A stretch of 38,082 nucleotides of DNA, from contig NW_025214012.1 in assembly GCF_004010195.1 (NCBI RefSeq), forward strand, positions 1-38,082, given 5' to 3'. The translations under genes were made by a program, and so were the position numbers. The stretch's first letter is position 1; every line of letters starts with the position of its first letter. The notes beneath the pieces were generated by a model. That model did no database searches. It had not been told where the DNA came from and saw nothing but the letters and a program-made list of their open reading frames with translations. The DNA is from Chiloscyllium plagiosum. Its lineage: Eukaryota. Of the stretch, positions 22,859 through 33,403 are shown one piece after another.

Positions 22859-23071
22859 GTAAAAACAATGACTGCAGATGCTGCAAACCAGATTCTGGAT
22901 TAATGATGCTGGAAGAGCACAGCAGTTCAGGCAGCATCCAATGAGCAGCGAAATCGACGTTTCTGGCAAAAGCCCTTCATCCTGATGAAGGGCTTTTGCC
23001 CGAAACGTCGATTTCGCTGCTTCTTGGATGCTGCCTGAACTGCTGTGCTCTTCCAGCACCACTAAACCAGA
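22859..23071. mobile_element. Palindromic Penelope-terminal-derived insertion in the integrase
   Basis: Inverted repeat centred at ~22981, flanked by a 15-bp TSD (ACCATGGACAGAATG at 22844-22858 and ACCATGGAGAAAATG at 23072-23086). The left arm is nearly identical to 5819-5945. Confidence 0.92.
22982..23009 (+). ncRNA. Minimal type I hammerhead ribozyme core
   Basis: CUGAUGA-A-GGGC-UUUU-GCCC-GAAAC-GUC, with a palindromic ACGU stem III as in Penelope dimeric hammerheads. Confidence 0.75.
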
Positions 23072-23681
23072 ACCATGGAGAAAATGTTTACCTGTCGCGT
23101 TGCTACGCATTAGGACTGCGCCGAGGTGTGATATAGGCCTCTCTCCTTATGAGATGATGTTTGGATTACCTTTCGTGTGTGGAAGAGGGGAATTACCAAC
23201 TGCAGAGTTCAATGATAAGTTTTTAAAGTACTATATTGTGGCTCTTGGCACTTCTTTGTCTGTCCTTCAGAAGAAGCGTCTTTTGATTCAGACACCTCCA
23301 CTTGAGTTCGCCGTACATCGAATACAACCGGGTTATTGAGTCCTGATCAAAACCTGGAAAGATACCACACAAGCTGGGCGGGATCGTTCGTAACCCCCCT
23401 GACTACCGAAACAGCCGTCCGAACTTCTGAAAAAGGGTGGAGTCATCACACTCGTGTTCAGGGCCCCGTGGACGCTCCTTCCCCTTCGGCAGAGTGGCAA
23501 GCTCATTCTACAGACAACTCTCTGACAGTCAAGCTGAGCAAAAAGAATGGACTGAGATAAGAGACTATTAAGTATTAGTTGAAAAGAACGTTCTTCCAAA
23601 ACAATTGTAAGTGTTGCATGGACTCACTCCTCCCTGGCATACAAAGGGTTAGGGAATAGACAGATAGGGTTGTGAGCTGAA

Positions 23682-24858
23682 ATGAGTGGTCAGCTTTATA
23701 TTGTCACGATAATATTGGCGCTAGCTGCCAAAGGGGGTGGAAAAATCATTTTACCACTTTTTGTCAGAATTATGATAAACCAAAGGGGCATACCGACTGT
23801 TGGGTATTTGCGGAGATCCCACCCCATGGTGAACCTGGAATTCCTCTCACGGTAGTACCACTTAAAATAGAATAAGTGGACGATGCACAACAATGTGACT
23901 CGGGCTCAAACAATACAAAATGGAGATCTGACAGGTGTATTTAAAACTTTGCAGGATGGTTCCGTCGACCAGCCCCGAAAACTCTGGGTACTATCGATGG
24001 CCTGAGAGTTTCACCCCCGCAAGGAGCAGTAATAACCACTTGTTTCTGTAATCAAAATGATGCCACACCATTCCGATTAGGAAAATCATCTTGTGTCCAC
24101 ACCAGCCAAGCCACTGCCACAACCAGTCCCCAAGTGTTGAATGGGACATATTGGGTGGGTTGCTTAAAGGCCTTCACATTTATCCCCGACGAGAAGTATG
24201 TTCGGAGTGGCGAATGTAACGGGAATGGGTGCTGGGACCATCCAGTTGAGACACTACGTCAAAACAAGAAAGTATGGTGTGGCTGCTGCTACCTAGCTGA
24301 TATATTTCCCCACTTGAGGCTGTTATAGGGAGCCCCAAAAATAGCACGGAATAAACAGGGAGGAAGGTAACTAACCCGGAAAGTAACCAAAAGAGATCGC
24401 CTCCTCTGGACTTTGATACCTATGTATGGGACTGCTCGAGCAGGAGTAGAAATACAAAAGTTAGCGGCTCCCTTGGAGGAGTTGGCCAACAATACTGCTC
24501 ATGCGTTGGCCGAAACTCAATCCTAAGTAACAGCCATAACGACCGAAATGATTACCACTAGGCCAACGACTCTTCAGTACAGGATGGCTCTAGATTATAT
24601 TCTGGCAGAGAAAGGTGGTACCTATACACTAATTGGGGAAGGTGATTAGTCAATCTGGCTATCTATGGATTGTTGATATTAGTGGGTCTGGTGATAGGGT
24701 TCAATGTCCTAAAATGGGTCATGAGCCGACTGATGACATCCCTTGGGGAAGGTACCCAAATAAATCATCAGATGCTTTTACAATCAGCCGGTGATATGCA
24801 ACAAAGAGAAAGTCAAAGAATGCTTCTGGAATTCGAGGGACGAACAACACAAATATAA
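23682..24858 (+). pseudogene. env: Gamma-type retroviral env, disrupted and internally deleted
   Basis: Signal peptide MSGQLYIVTIILALAA, TDCWV(F) CxxC remnant at 23798, NGTYWV..WCGCCYLA, degenerate furin site RNKQ, fusion peptide LLWTLIPMYGTA, ISD LQYRMALDYILAEKGGT (24572-24622) and TM LLILVGLVIGFNVL. Confidence 0.88.
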
Positions 24859-24957
24859 AACGTAAGATTGTGAACCTCATCGCCAAACGGCGTAAGAGGG
24901 CAGAACAGAAGAAAACGGATTAAAAGAGACTTAATAAGTGAAGAAATAACAGTTCTT

Positions 24958-24978
24958 AAAAAAACAAAAAGGGGGAAT
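24958..24978 (+). promoter_or_regulatory. Polypurine tract
   Basis: AAAAAAACAAAAAGGGGGAAT directly precedes the TG of the 3' LTR. Confidence 0.9.
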
Positions 24979-25534
24979 TGTGGGAGGTTAGAAATGTAGT
25001 TTCTGCACGTGGTGGGTGGGGTGTTGCGGGGGTGGGACATTATACAAACGGTCGCGGAATTCTTGTAGAATGTAGCATACTTTAGGCTAAGACTTTAGTA
25101 AATGTAGAGGGTCTTTTAAAGAAAATAGTTTTAAGCTAGGAAATAACTTTAAAGTGTTGTAGTTGACCACAAAAAGAAGCAGCAGGGACATTTCACAATA
25201 AAGATTATAGTATGATAAGACAAACTGGATAAAAGAATAAGCCGTAACAAACAAGGAACAAAAAATGCAAACATACAAGGACAGCAGGATGGCCAGATAA
25301 TAAAATGAGTAGAGACAAAAAAAAACAAGTGAGCTAATCGGCTTATGGTGGGATGGGAAAAGGGAGGCGTGATTCCGCAACTTGTAAACTGAATAAGAAA
25401 GCTAACATGTTCTGTTTTCGCGCGCATTTCTGCTTGATTGCAGAAGCGTCCGGTGCTTGCAAGGCTGTAATAAATTGTTCTTGTTTCCAAGGCTTTGTCT
25501 CAGGCTGATTTATGAGTGAGTTCTGTTTCTCACA
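24979..25534 (+). repeat. 3' LTR (556 bp)
   Basis: TGTGGGAG...TTTCTCACA followed by the TSD GATT. About 38 substitutions and one 7-bp indel relative to the 5' LTR (manual count). Confidence 0.97.
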
Positions 25535-26159
25535 GATTAAATGTGCAGATTCAATGGGCTGAACGGTCTTTGTCTGCAGTGAAGGGATTCTATCAGTTGT
25601 TTCCCTCCGACGTTTTGTCGTTTGTATGTTTTTTTCTTCATTCTTTAACACCCATCCTAAAATGTGACTTGCAGATCTTCACACAAGATTCTAGCTTTAG
25701 CCAAATGAACAAATGAAACAAGTTTAGGAATTGTAAATTGTTCATTTCATTCCCAAACGGGGGTTACTTAAACATCTGCTTCCATGATCAATATGATTTG
25801 TTTCAGGAAGGACGGTGCTGTATGAGTCTGGGTGGGGAAGGAACGCAGCTCCCGGAGAGACACAGTGTCAGTGAAAGTGAAAACACGTTTGTTCTGGAAA
25901 CCGTAACCTGTCCCCGTGTTGAAATGCGAACCATTTGATAGGTATGTTCCAAATTGAAATGCTTACTGGAAGCAGGAAGCGGTGGAAGGTATACATTCTG
26001 TTCCACTTTCACCAATGTCCAATCACACTGAACTCCACACCTTGCCACCACAATTCAGGACATTTTCTCTTGCAACCCCCTGTTCCAGAATTCCTTGCAT
26101 CCAAGCAACTGCCCATACAGCAGCATTCCATAAAATCACAGAAGGTGTGGCTCGACCAA

Positions 26160-26675
26160 CTGGTAGGGCTCCATCTGGAGTATTGCATGCAATTCTAGTC
26201 ACTGAATTTTGGAAATATGTGAAAGTTTTTAAAAGGGTTCAAAGGAGATTTACTGGGATGTTGACTGGTGTGGATCGAAGGTCTTACGAGCAAAGTCTGA
26301 GGAGCCTGAGGTTGCTTTCGTCGGAGAGAAGAAGGTTGGCAGGTGCATTAATCGAGACTTATATGATTATCAAAAGGTTAGATAGAGTGGACAGTGAGAG
26401 CCTTTTTCTTTGGACGGTGAAGGCCAACACGAAGAGGGATAGCATTAAATTGAATGGCGATTGATTTAGGACAGATAAATGTACGGGCGTGGATTAGCCT
26501 GCCTGCAACAGCCGTAGACTCGCTGAGTATATGGGAATTTCAATGTGCATTGGACACACATATGGATAATAATGTAACAGTGAAGGTTAGATGGGCATCA
26601 CATTTTTATTCACAGGTCAGTGCAAGATCGAAGGCCGAAGGGCCTGCCCTGCACTATAATGTTCTATCTTCTAAG
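26160..26675 (+). mobile_element. CR1 LINE 3' fragment
   Basis: LVGLHLEYCMQF, KRVQRRFTGML and LIETYMIIKRLDRVD, with a tail GGCCGAAGGGCCTG..TGTTCTAT. Confidence 0.85.
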
Positions 26676-26699
26676 CCATAGGACCTGCTGGGTTCCGAT

Positions 26700-27160
26700 A
26701 TCTCTCCTCATTGTGTAACTTTTCAGAGACACCTTTCAGTGCTTAGTCTGCACTTCATTCAGTCCAGGCGACTGTACTTCCTCCTCAGAATGTTATATCT
26801 CAACAATGGGGAGTGAAAAACAGAGTCAGCGACAAAGCTGATATCGCCTACGTTCTGTATGGAACAAACAAATCTTATCCTGATCTTCCAGTCTCCTGTC
26901 ACTTGAATGTTGCACTGTGTTCCAAAGGCACGATTTCAGACTCCGGTCCGCTGCAGTGATACTTGAAGGCACAGCTCAAGCTGGAAGAATCGCACCTCAT
27001 TTTCTACTGACAGACTATGCAGTGTTCAGGGCCCAGCAGCGAGTTCAATCATTTCAGAACCCGTCCGCCTTCTTCCAGATTCTTTCCCCACCCACACGTC
27101 CCATTAGTTCCAAAGACGGATCATTGGACTCGAAACATTTACTTTCCTTTCTCTCACAGA
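26700..27160 (+). mobile_element. Old Penelope-like GIY-YIG C-terminus and terminal repeat
   Basis: PDLPVSCHLN..QLKLEESHLIF..EFNHFR followed by a degenerate hammerhead-type terminal (GGATCATTGGACTCGAAAC). Confidence 0.65.
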
Positions 27161-27724
27161 TTTCCAAGAGCGAATGATTTTGTTCATACGTTTTGGCATT
27201 TCTTCAGAGAACGTTTTTCCATTGTAGGCTGCCGGAAGCGTCTGATTGCAGGAGATGATGTTCATGGGAGATGATAAGAATGACAATGGCTGAACCATTC
27301 CCGTTGTGAACGTAGACAAGCCAAGCTGGCGCTGATTATGTAAGTGCAGAGAAGGCTGTGTGAGAAACTGATAAACATGCACATATTATGAAGAGGACAG
27401 ATAAGTGTGACAGAAATGAGCTTGTTTTTGGGAAGTAATAATAACCAGTTGCACAGACGAAAAGCAAGAGACAAGGAATTAAGAGGAGATTTAGGATAAA
27501 TGTTTTCACCCATACAGTGTTGTTTATCTGGAATTCACTATATGAAAATGTGGTAAAGCTAAATGTCAGCAGAAAATTTCACCAGTATATAGCCAAACAT
27601 TTGAAAAACCAGAGCACACTTGGATAAGCAGCAGGTACTGGAAATAGTGACAAAGGCAGACATACGTGAATTTGGAGTCCCGAGTCAAAGGTAACCCTGT
27701 GTGCTTAGGTGCATTGGTCCGTGT

Positions 27725-27816
27725 GGCTATGTGGCGCAATGGTAAGCGCGTTGGCGTTTTATGTGGTTATTGAAGTGTTTGCAAAAAGGTCGTGTGTTCG
27801 AATTCCACCAGAGTAG
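27725..27816 (+). pseudogene. Intron-containing tRNA-Arg(TCT)-like pseudogene
   Basis: GGCTATGTGGCGCAATGGTAAGCGCGTTGG...AAAGGTCGTGTGTTCGAATTCCACCAGAGTAG matches the vertebrate tRNA-Arg-TCT scaffold (GGCTCTGTGGCGCAATGG...CCCACCAGAGTCG) with an insert of about 19 nt at the intron position. The anticodon arm is mutated. Confidence 0.7.
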
Positions 27817-28158
27817 AGTTTGGTTTGAAACGTGATCAGAGCAGATTCGGCTGGTCCTCTGCAAAACCGGTATTATGCCTGCAGAATCCCAACTGTCTTG
27901 AAACGGGAAAAATCTACTTTTCCCAAATGAACAATTTCGATGTCTGTTGAAGGTAGAGCTCGATAAATGTCTGTTAGCCAATAGGCAACACGATGATGTT
28001 GATAGGCTGAAAAAAGACATTAATATGCTGGCTCAGCCATGATGATTTTGAATGGCTGGGCTGGCAGGCGTGGCCTCCTCATGCACTGTCTGTGCAGTTT
28101 CTGGCCCAGGTTTCTAAACACTAACATAATGAGGACAGTGTGAATCTACGTCATCAGT

Positions 28159-28469
28159 GGCACGGTGGCTCAGTGATTAGTACTGGTGCCCCACAGCAAC
28201 AGTGCTCCAGATTCGATTCCATCCTTGGGTACTGTCTGGGTGGAGTTTGCACGTTCTCCCCGTGTCTGCGTGGGTTTGCTCTGGGTACTCCGGTTTCCTC
28301 CCGCAATCCAAAAATGAGCAGGTCATGTGAATTGGTCATGCAAAATTGCCCGCAGTGTTAGATGCATCAGTCAAAGGGAAATGGGTCTGGGCGGATTACT
28401 CTTCGGAGGTGTGGACTGGTTGGGCCGAAGAGCCTGTTTTCACACTGTAGGGAATGTAATCTAATCTAA
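28159..28469 (+). mobile_element. tRNA-derived SINE (HE1-like), near full length
   Basis: GGCACGGTGGCTCAGTGATTAG...ATTCGATTCC head, conserved body and (TAATC)n tail. Confidence 0.9.
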
Positions 28470-29069
28470 ACTGAAATTCAATTTGCCCCTGCATAACGTT
28501 GCTCCATCTCTACTATTTATACAAACCACGCCACGTGCCCTTGGATGTAGTAATGCTGAAGATTGTTGACGTCGTGTGCAATGTGAGTCACTGTGTCGTA
28601 TGAACTGTCCAAAGGAAGTTGGAGAAGTGTCAGTGATTCGAATTCTGTGACGAGTTGAAACTGATGGAAGGAAAATCCCATGACAGTGGCGATGCAAAAT
28701 TGTCCGTGATCAACGCAGGAAGGCATGATAAACTTATATTCAGTATTATCTGTTTTTCACAAGTTTTCTCTGTGTTTTTCCTGAACCTGATGCGACATGA
28801 TCGATGATCCATTCTCATTACAACCACCTCTAAGCTCATTTTCATTTCAGATCCACAGCAAAAAATTGAGTAATTGGATTTATGGCTTCAGTGGCAAGAT
28901 CAAGAGCCGTTGGTCGTCCTCTTTTGCCAGCTCCAGTGCTAAAATTTATCAGGTTGCCGTGCTTCTATAACAGATTAGAAGTGTGTGAGCTGCCGAAATT
29001 GCGAGATTGATCCTCGCCAGGCGCTCATTTCACTGATAGTAACCAGGGATGATTGCAACATCAGGCTGA

Positions 29070-32000
29070 AGAACAGTTCGAGGACCGAATATTACTGTGC
29101 AAAAAAGGGTCTTTGGCCCTTGATGTTGAAAGCAACCTGTGATATTAATCAGGAGTCCAGCTTAACGACATTTCATCATTGTAACTCAAAAGATTATCCC
29201 CTGATCATTTAAAAGCCCTGAAAGTTGATGAGTCTTCGACTGTTGAATGCAAGAAGTTCTGCACCTTTCCTACTCTCTGAGAAAAGAACCTACCTCGCCA
29301 TCTGTCAGTCTCAACTTTAAACTGTGTGCCCGTCTGCCAACCATTACCATTTGAAGAATAAAGTCATTCACTGTCCACCTTAACCAAACCTCTGATTATC
29401 TTGTATGTATCTAGTAAATCACTTCCCAAACTTCGTATCTCTCTCATAAACAACCTCACGTCCCGCAGTCTTTCCTCGTAAGACGTTTCCTCCATACAAG
29501 ACAGCATCAGTAAATCTCCTTTGCGCCCTTTCAAATGCTTGCACATCAGTCCTATGATGTGGCGACCGGAACTGTATGCAACTTCACAAGTGCAGCCACG
29601 CCAGAGAATTTCTGGAGTGCAACATGACCTCATGGCTGTGAAACTCAATCCTTCTCCCAATAAATCTAACATCACGTGCTCCTTCCCAACAAACCTATCA
29701 ACATGGGTGGCAACTTTCAGAGTTTTATGCACATTAGCACCAAAATCTCTCTGCTCACCTAAACTTCAAAGAATATGACTTTTGGCCCAGAACTTTTTCT
29801 TCTTCTTGTTCCTTCCAAAGTGAACGACGAGACATGTTCCCACATTAATCTCTGTTTGCGACCTCTGAGTTCAGCTCTGCATATTGTACATGTCCCACTG
29901 CAACCTGCTGCAGCATTTAACACAGTTGACAACTCCATCGAGCTTCAAGCCATTGACTAATTTACTGACCCATCATTCCATGCCCTAATCCAGGTTATTT
30001 ATACAAATGTCAACTGCAGTAGATCGACGAAAAAGCTTCTGGTATACCATTAGTCTCTGAACTCCAGGACGAAGGTTTCCCATCAACTAACCACTCTGTC
30101 TTCTTTCAGGTGGCCATTTTTTGATCCAAACAGCTAAATAGCTTTCAATCCTATGCCTGCGTAATCTATGCAATAGCCTACCGTGGGGAATATTATCAAT
30201 GCCTTCGTGAAAACCATATCCACCATTTCAATCGCTTCACCCTCATCACCTATTTGCGCACATTCTCAATGAGCTCCTTAAGATTTGTGAAGCACAAACT
30301 ACTCTTCACAAAATCGAATTGACTATCCCGAATCCACTTCTTCCTTATTAGATAATGATAAATCCTATCTCTCATAATCTTTTCCAAAACTTTACCTTCA
30401 CCAAAACAAAGACTCATTGTTTTACAATTACCAGAGATTTCTCTACTCCTCATGTTGTAGAAGGGGACAAGATTTGCTACATTTGAGTCTTCTCGTGCTA
30501 ATCACATAGACACGGATGACACAAAGTTCATAGTTAAAAGTACAGCACTCTCCACCCACGATTCCCTGAGAATCCGAGGATAAGTACCATCAAGCCCAAG
30601 GGAAGGTCTATTTTCACATTTTAAAGAATTGCCCAAACAAGCGATCTATGACCATCAATTTCATATATTGCAATAGGTTGCATCTCAATATTCTTCATGA
30701 CATCATTGTCTAATTTCATTTGTGACACTGATGAAAAATATTCATTCAGCGCCTTACCTTTCCTCGGTCTGCACGGACAACCTCCCACTACGATTCCTGA
30801 CAGCTTCTAATCGTATGCCAGTCATTCATTTGTTCCTGAAATGCCAATAAAAAGCTTCAGAGTTTTCCTCCATCCTGCCAGCCAAATACTTCTCGTGTCC
30901 CCTCTTAGATCGACTTAGCTCTCTCTTTAGGTCCTTCCTGGCTCATTTCTAATTCTCAAGCACTCGATATGATCCTGAACATCTCATCTTTACATCATCC
31001 TCCTTCTCCCTCTTGACAAGAGTTTCAACATTTTCAGTAGACACAGCTCTCTGACACGACCACATTTTCCCTGTATGATGCATACATACTTATTAAGGGC
31101 ATTGCAGTTGCTCCTCCATGAGCAAGCTCCAGATTTCAGTTGTACCCAACACCTGCAGTTAATTTCTCCATCGTATGCATCCTAACTCTTGCTTAAACAC
31201 CTTTCTCCCAGAAATATCTCTTACCCCAAAATATAAACCTGTTCCTATCACAAAAGTGCTCACTTCCCTCCAAATCGGACACATGGCTTGCATCATTATC
31301 CAGTACCAAATCGAATGTGGCTTTGCTTTTTGTTGGCCTGTCTATATGCTGTGTCAGGAAACCTTCCTGCACACATTGGACAAAAATTCACCGATCGGAT
31401 TTACTCAAACTATAAATTATCAAATCAATATTTGGACAGTTAAGTTCCGAGAACAACTACCCCGTTATTTTTGCTCCTATCCAGAATCATCTTTGCAATC
31501 TTTTACTCTATATCTCAGGAACGTTTCAGTGGGCTATTGAAAACTCCATTCGCAGGGATCTCTCCATTACTGAGTCTGATATCAGATCATTCTAGCTCAG
31601 TCGACTCTGTAGAGTGCTCATCAAATATCCTTTCTGCGACTGTAAGACTGTCCTTGGTTAATCATGTTACACCTCACCCTCTTCCACCACCTTGCTTGCT
31701 CTTACTGAAAAATCGAGACTGCGGCACCAGGAACACCCAGTCCTTTCACTGCTCTATTCATTTCTCTTTAATGGCCACAACTTCAAAATCCTCGTGAACA
31801 ACCCATGCTATAAGTTATCCTACATTATTCCAGATGATCCTGGCGTTGAAGTAAACACCCTTCAAACCATCTTCATCCTTGCCAGGACACTCTTGCAAAC
31901 CTGAAAACATAATTATGTCCTCACAACTCAAAACCTCGTGTACAATTGAGCTAAAATTCAGGTTCCCATTCGGCTGCTGAATTCGTTTCCTAAAGAGCAT

Positions 32001-32905
32001 TAGCAAATTATCCCCGCCCCTACCCGCAGGATATTGGTTCTCCTGTGGTTCAGGTGAAAACCATCCTATGTGTAGAGGTATCATCTACTCCAGAAACAGA
32101 CAAAATTGTCCAGGTGTCCGAATCCGTCCCCCCTGCACCATCCCAGTAGCCACATTTTCAAAAGCTCTGTCTGTGTTCTTCATCTTTGTAGGATGTGTCA
32201 GAGGTAACAAATCAGAAAGAACAACTGTTAGATCTGGATCGAAGATGTCACTCTAGCTCCCTGAATTTCTGCCTTACATCGACATGCCTTTTCTTATCTG
32301 TGTTGTTGGTGCATATGTGGACCATGACTTGGTTCTGGTCCCCGCCCTCTTAAGGATAGCAAAAACACGATGCGAGACATCACAAACTGTATGAGCTGGG
32401 AGGCAACACACCAAACGTACGCGTGTCCCATACCCACTGAAACTGCAATCTATTCCCCTCAATATGAAGTCTCCAAAAATAATGGTCTCCTTCTCTCTCC
32501 CCTACCGTTCTGAGCAAAAGTGACAATCTCTGTGCGAGAGACCTGTACCCCATGTCTAACCCCTGGTAAGTGACTCCCCCTCAAAAATATCAATAACGGT
32601 ATGCTTGTAACAGAGGAGTACGGCCTTAGGAGATGCATGCACTGTCCAGCAGGTCCCTTTTCGTTTCCCGACTGAAACCCATCGACTTTTTTCTTGTACC
32701 TGAGGTGTTACCGACTGCTTATAACTCATCTCAATTATCTCCTCAGTCTCCCGAATAATCCAATGTCTAGCATCTTTTCCCGAACACGCTTTCCAAGGAA
32801 CTAGGTCTGGATGCCGTTCCCGCTGATGCAGATATCTGGGACACTATTAGTGACTCTTACTTCCCGCATTTACAGGAAGAACATTCAATTGCCTGACCAT
32901 CTATT
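29070..32905 (-). mobile_element. Near-full-length decayed CR1 LINE (ORF1 zinc-finger/esterase plus ORF2)
   Basis: ORF1 esterase-like RLVCCLP..DVSHRVFAILK (32274-32462), ORF2 start LKGVYFNAR (~31860), RT KVLEKIMRDRIY..IRDSQFDFVK, and C-terminal SYEERLR..DLLDTYKIIRGL. Confidence 0.88.
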
Positions 32906-32927
32906 TCCAACCATCTCAATTCTTACA

Positions 32928-33035
32928 AACACACACACACACACACACAAACGCACATATTTACACACACAAACACGCACACACATAAATATAAATGAGT
33001 GCATGCATGTATGAATGCATGTGCGTGCATATGTA
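32928..33035. repeat. (CA)n and (TGCA/TGTA)n simple repeats
   Basis: Directly visible low-complexity sequence. Confidence 0.9.
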
Positions 33036-33257
33036 TTTAAACGTTACAAAACTACGTTGAATAAAACAGTTTTTACTCTAAACATCTAACTTCTGATTTT
33101 GTGGAGTCTTCTGTACCTGGGAAATGCCTCCATTACTTACGAACAGTCAGAAATACTCTCCAGGAGAATATCCACCTCTCGACAGAGATACCAAGATGAC
33201 GTTTGAGATGGATTCTCTTTCTCATAACGCTGATCCTGCACTGTGTCATACTGTGGA

Positions 33258-33403
33258 GAAAGTGAGGACTGCAGATGCTGGAGAGGACTGCAGTTGAAAA
33301 CTGTGGTGCTGGAAAAACACAGCAGGCCAGGCAGCATCCACGAAGCAGGAGAATCGACGTTTCGGGCATCAGCCCTTCCCTTCTTCCAGCACCACACTTT
33401 TCA
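33258..33403. mobile_element. Short Penelope-terminal-derived inverted-repeat insertion
   Basis: Inverted arms CAGTTGAAAACTGTGGTGCTGGAA and TTCCAGCACCACACTTTTCAACTG, with a TSD of about 18 bp (ACTGTGTCATACTGTGGA at 33240-33257 and ACTGTGTTATGCTGTGGA at 33404-33421). Confidence 0.85.

Larger units (their letters stand above)
22232..23560 (+). pseudogene. pol: Retroviral integrase, disrupted
   Basis: HQGSH..CPTC zinc domain, RPFQRIQVDYTELP, IDSDEGSHF, SSGWVKRMN (catalytic E changed to K), LPVALLRIRTAP, SPYEMMFG and a C-terminal TTETAVRTSEKGWSHHTRV. Confidence 0.93.
18844..25534 (+). mobile_element. Endogenous retrovirus provirus, class I (gamma-like, probably HERV-I-related), defective, lacking RT and RNase H
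   Basis: Two LTRs bounded by TG...CA, a 4-bp TSD GATT (18840-18843 and 25535-25538), PBS, PPT, and gag, pro, IN and env remnants in canonical order. Confidence 0.97.
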
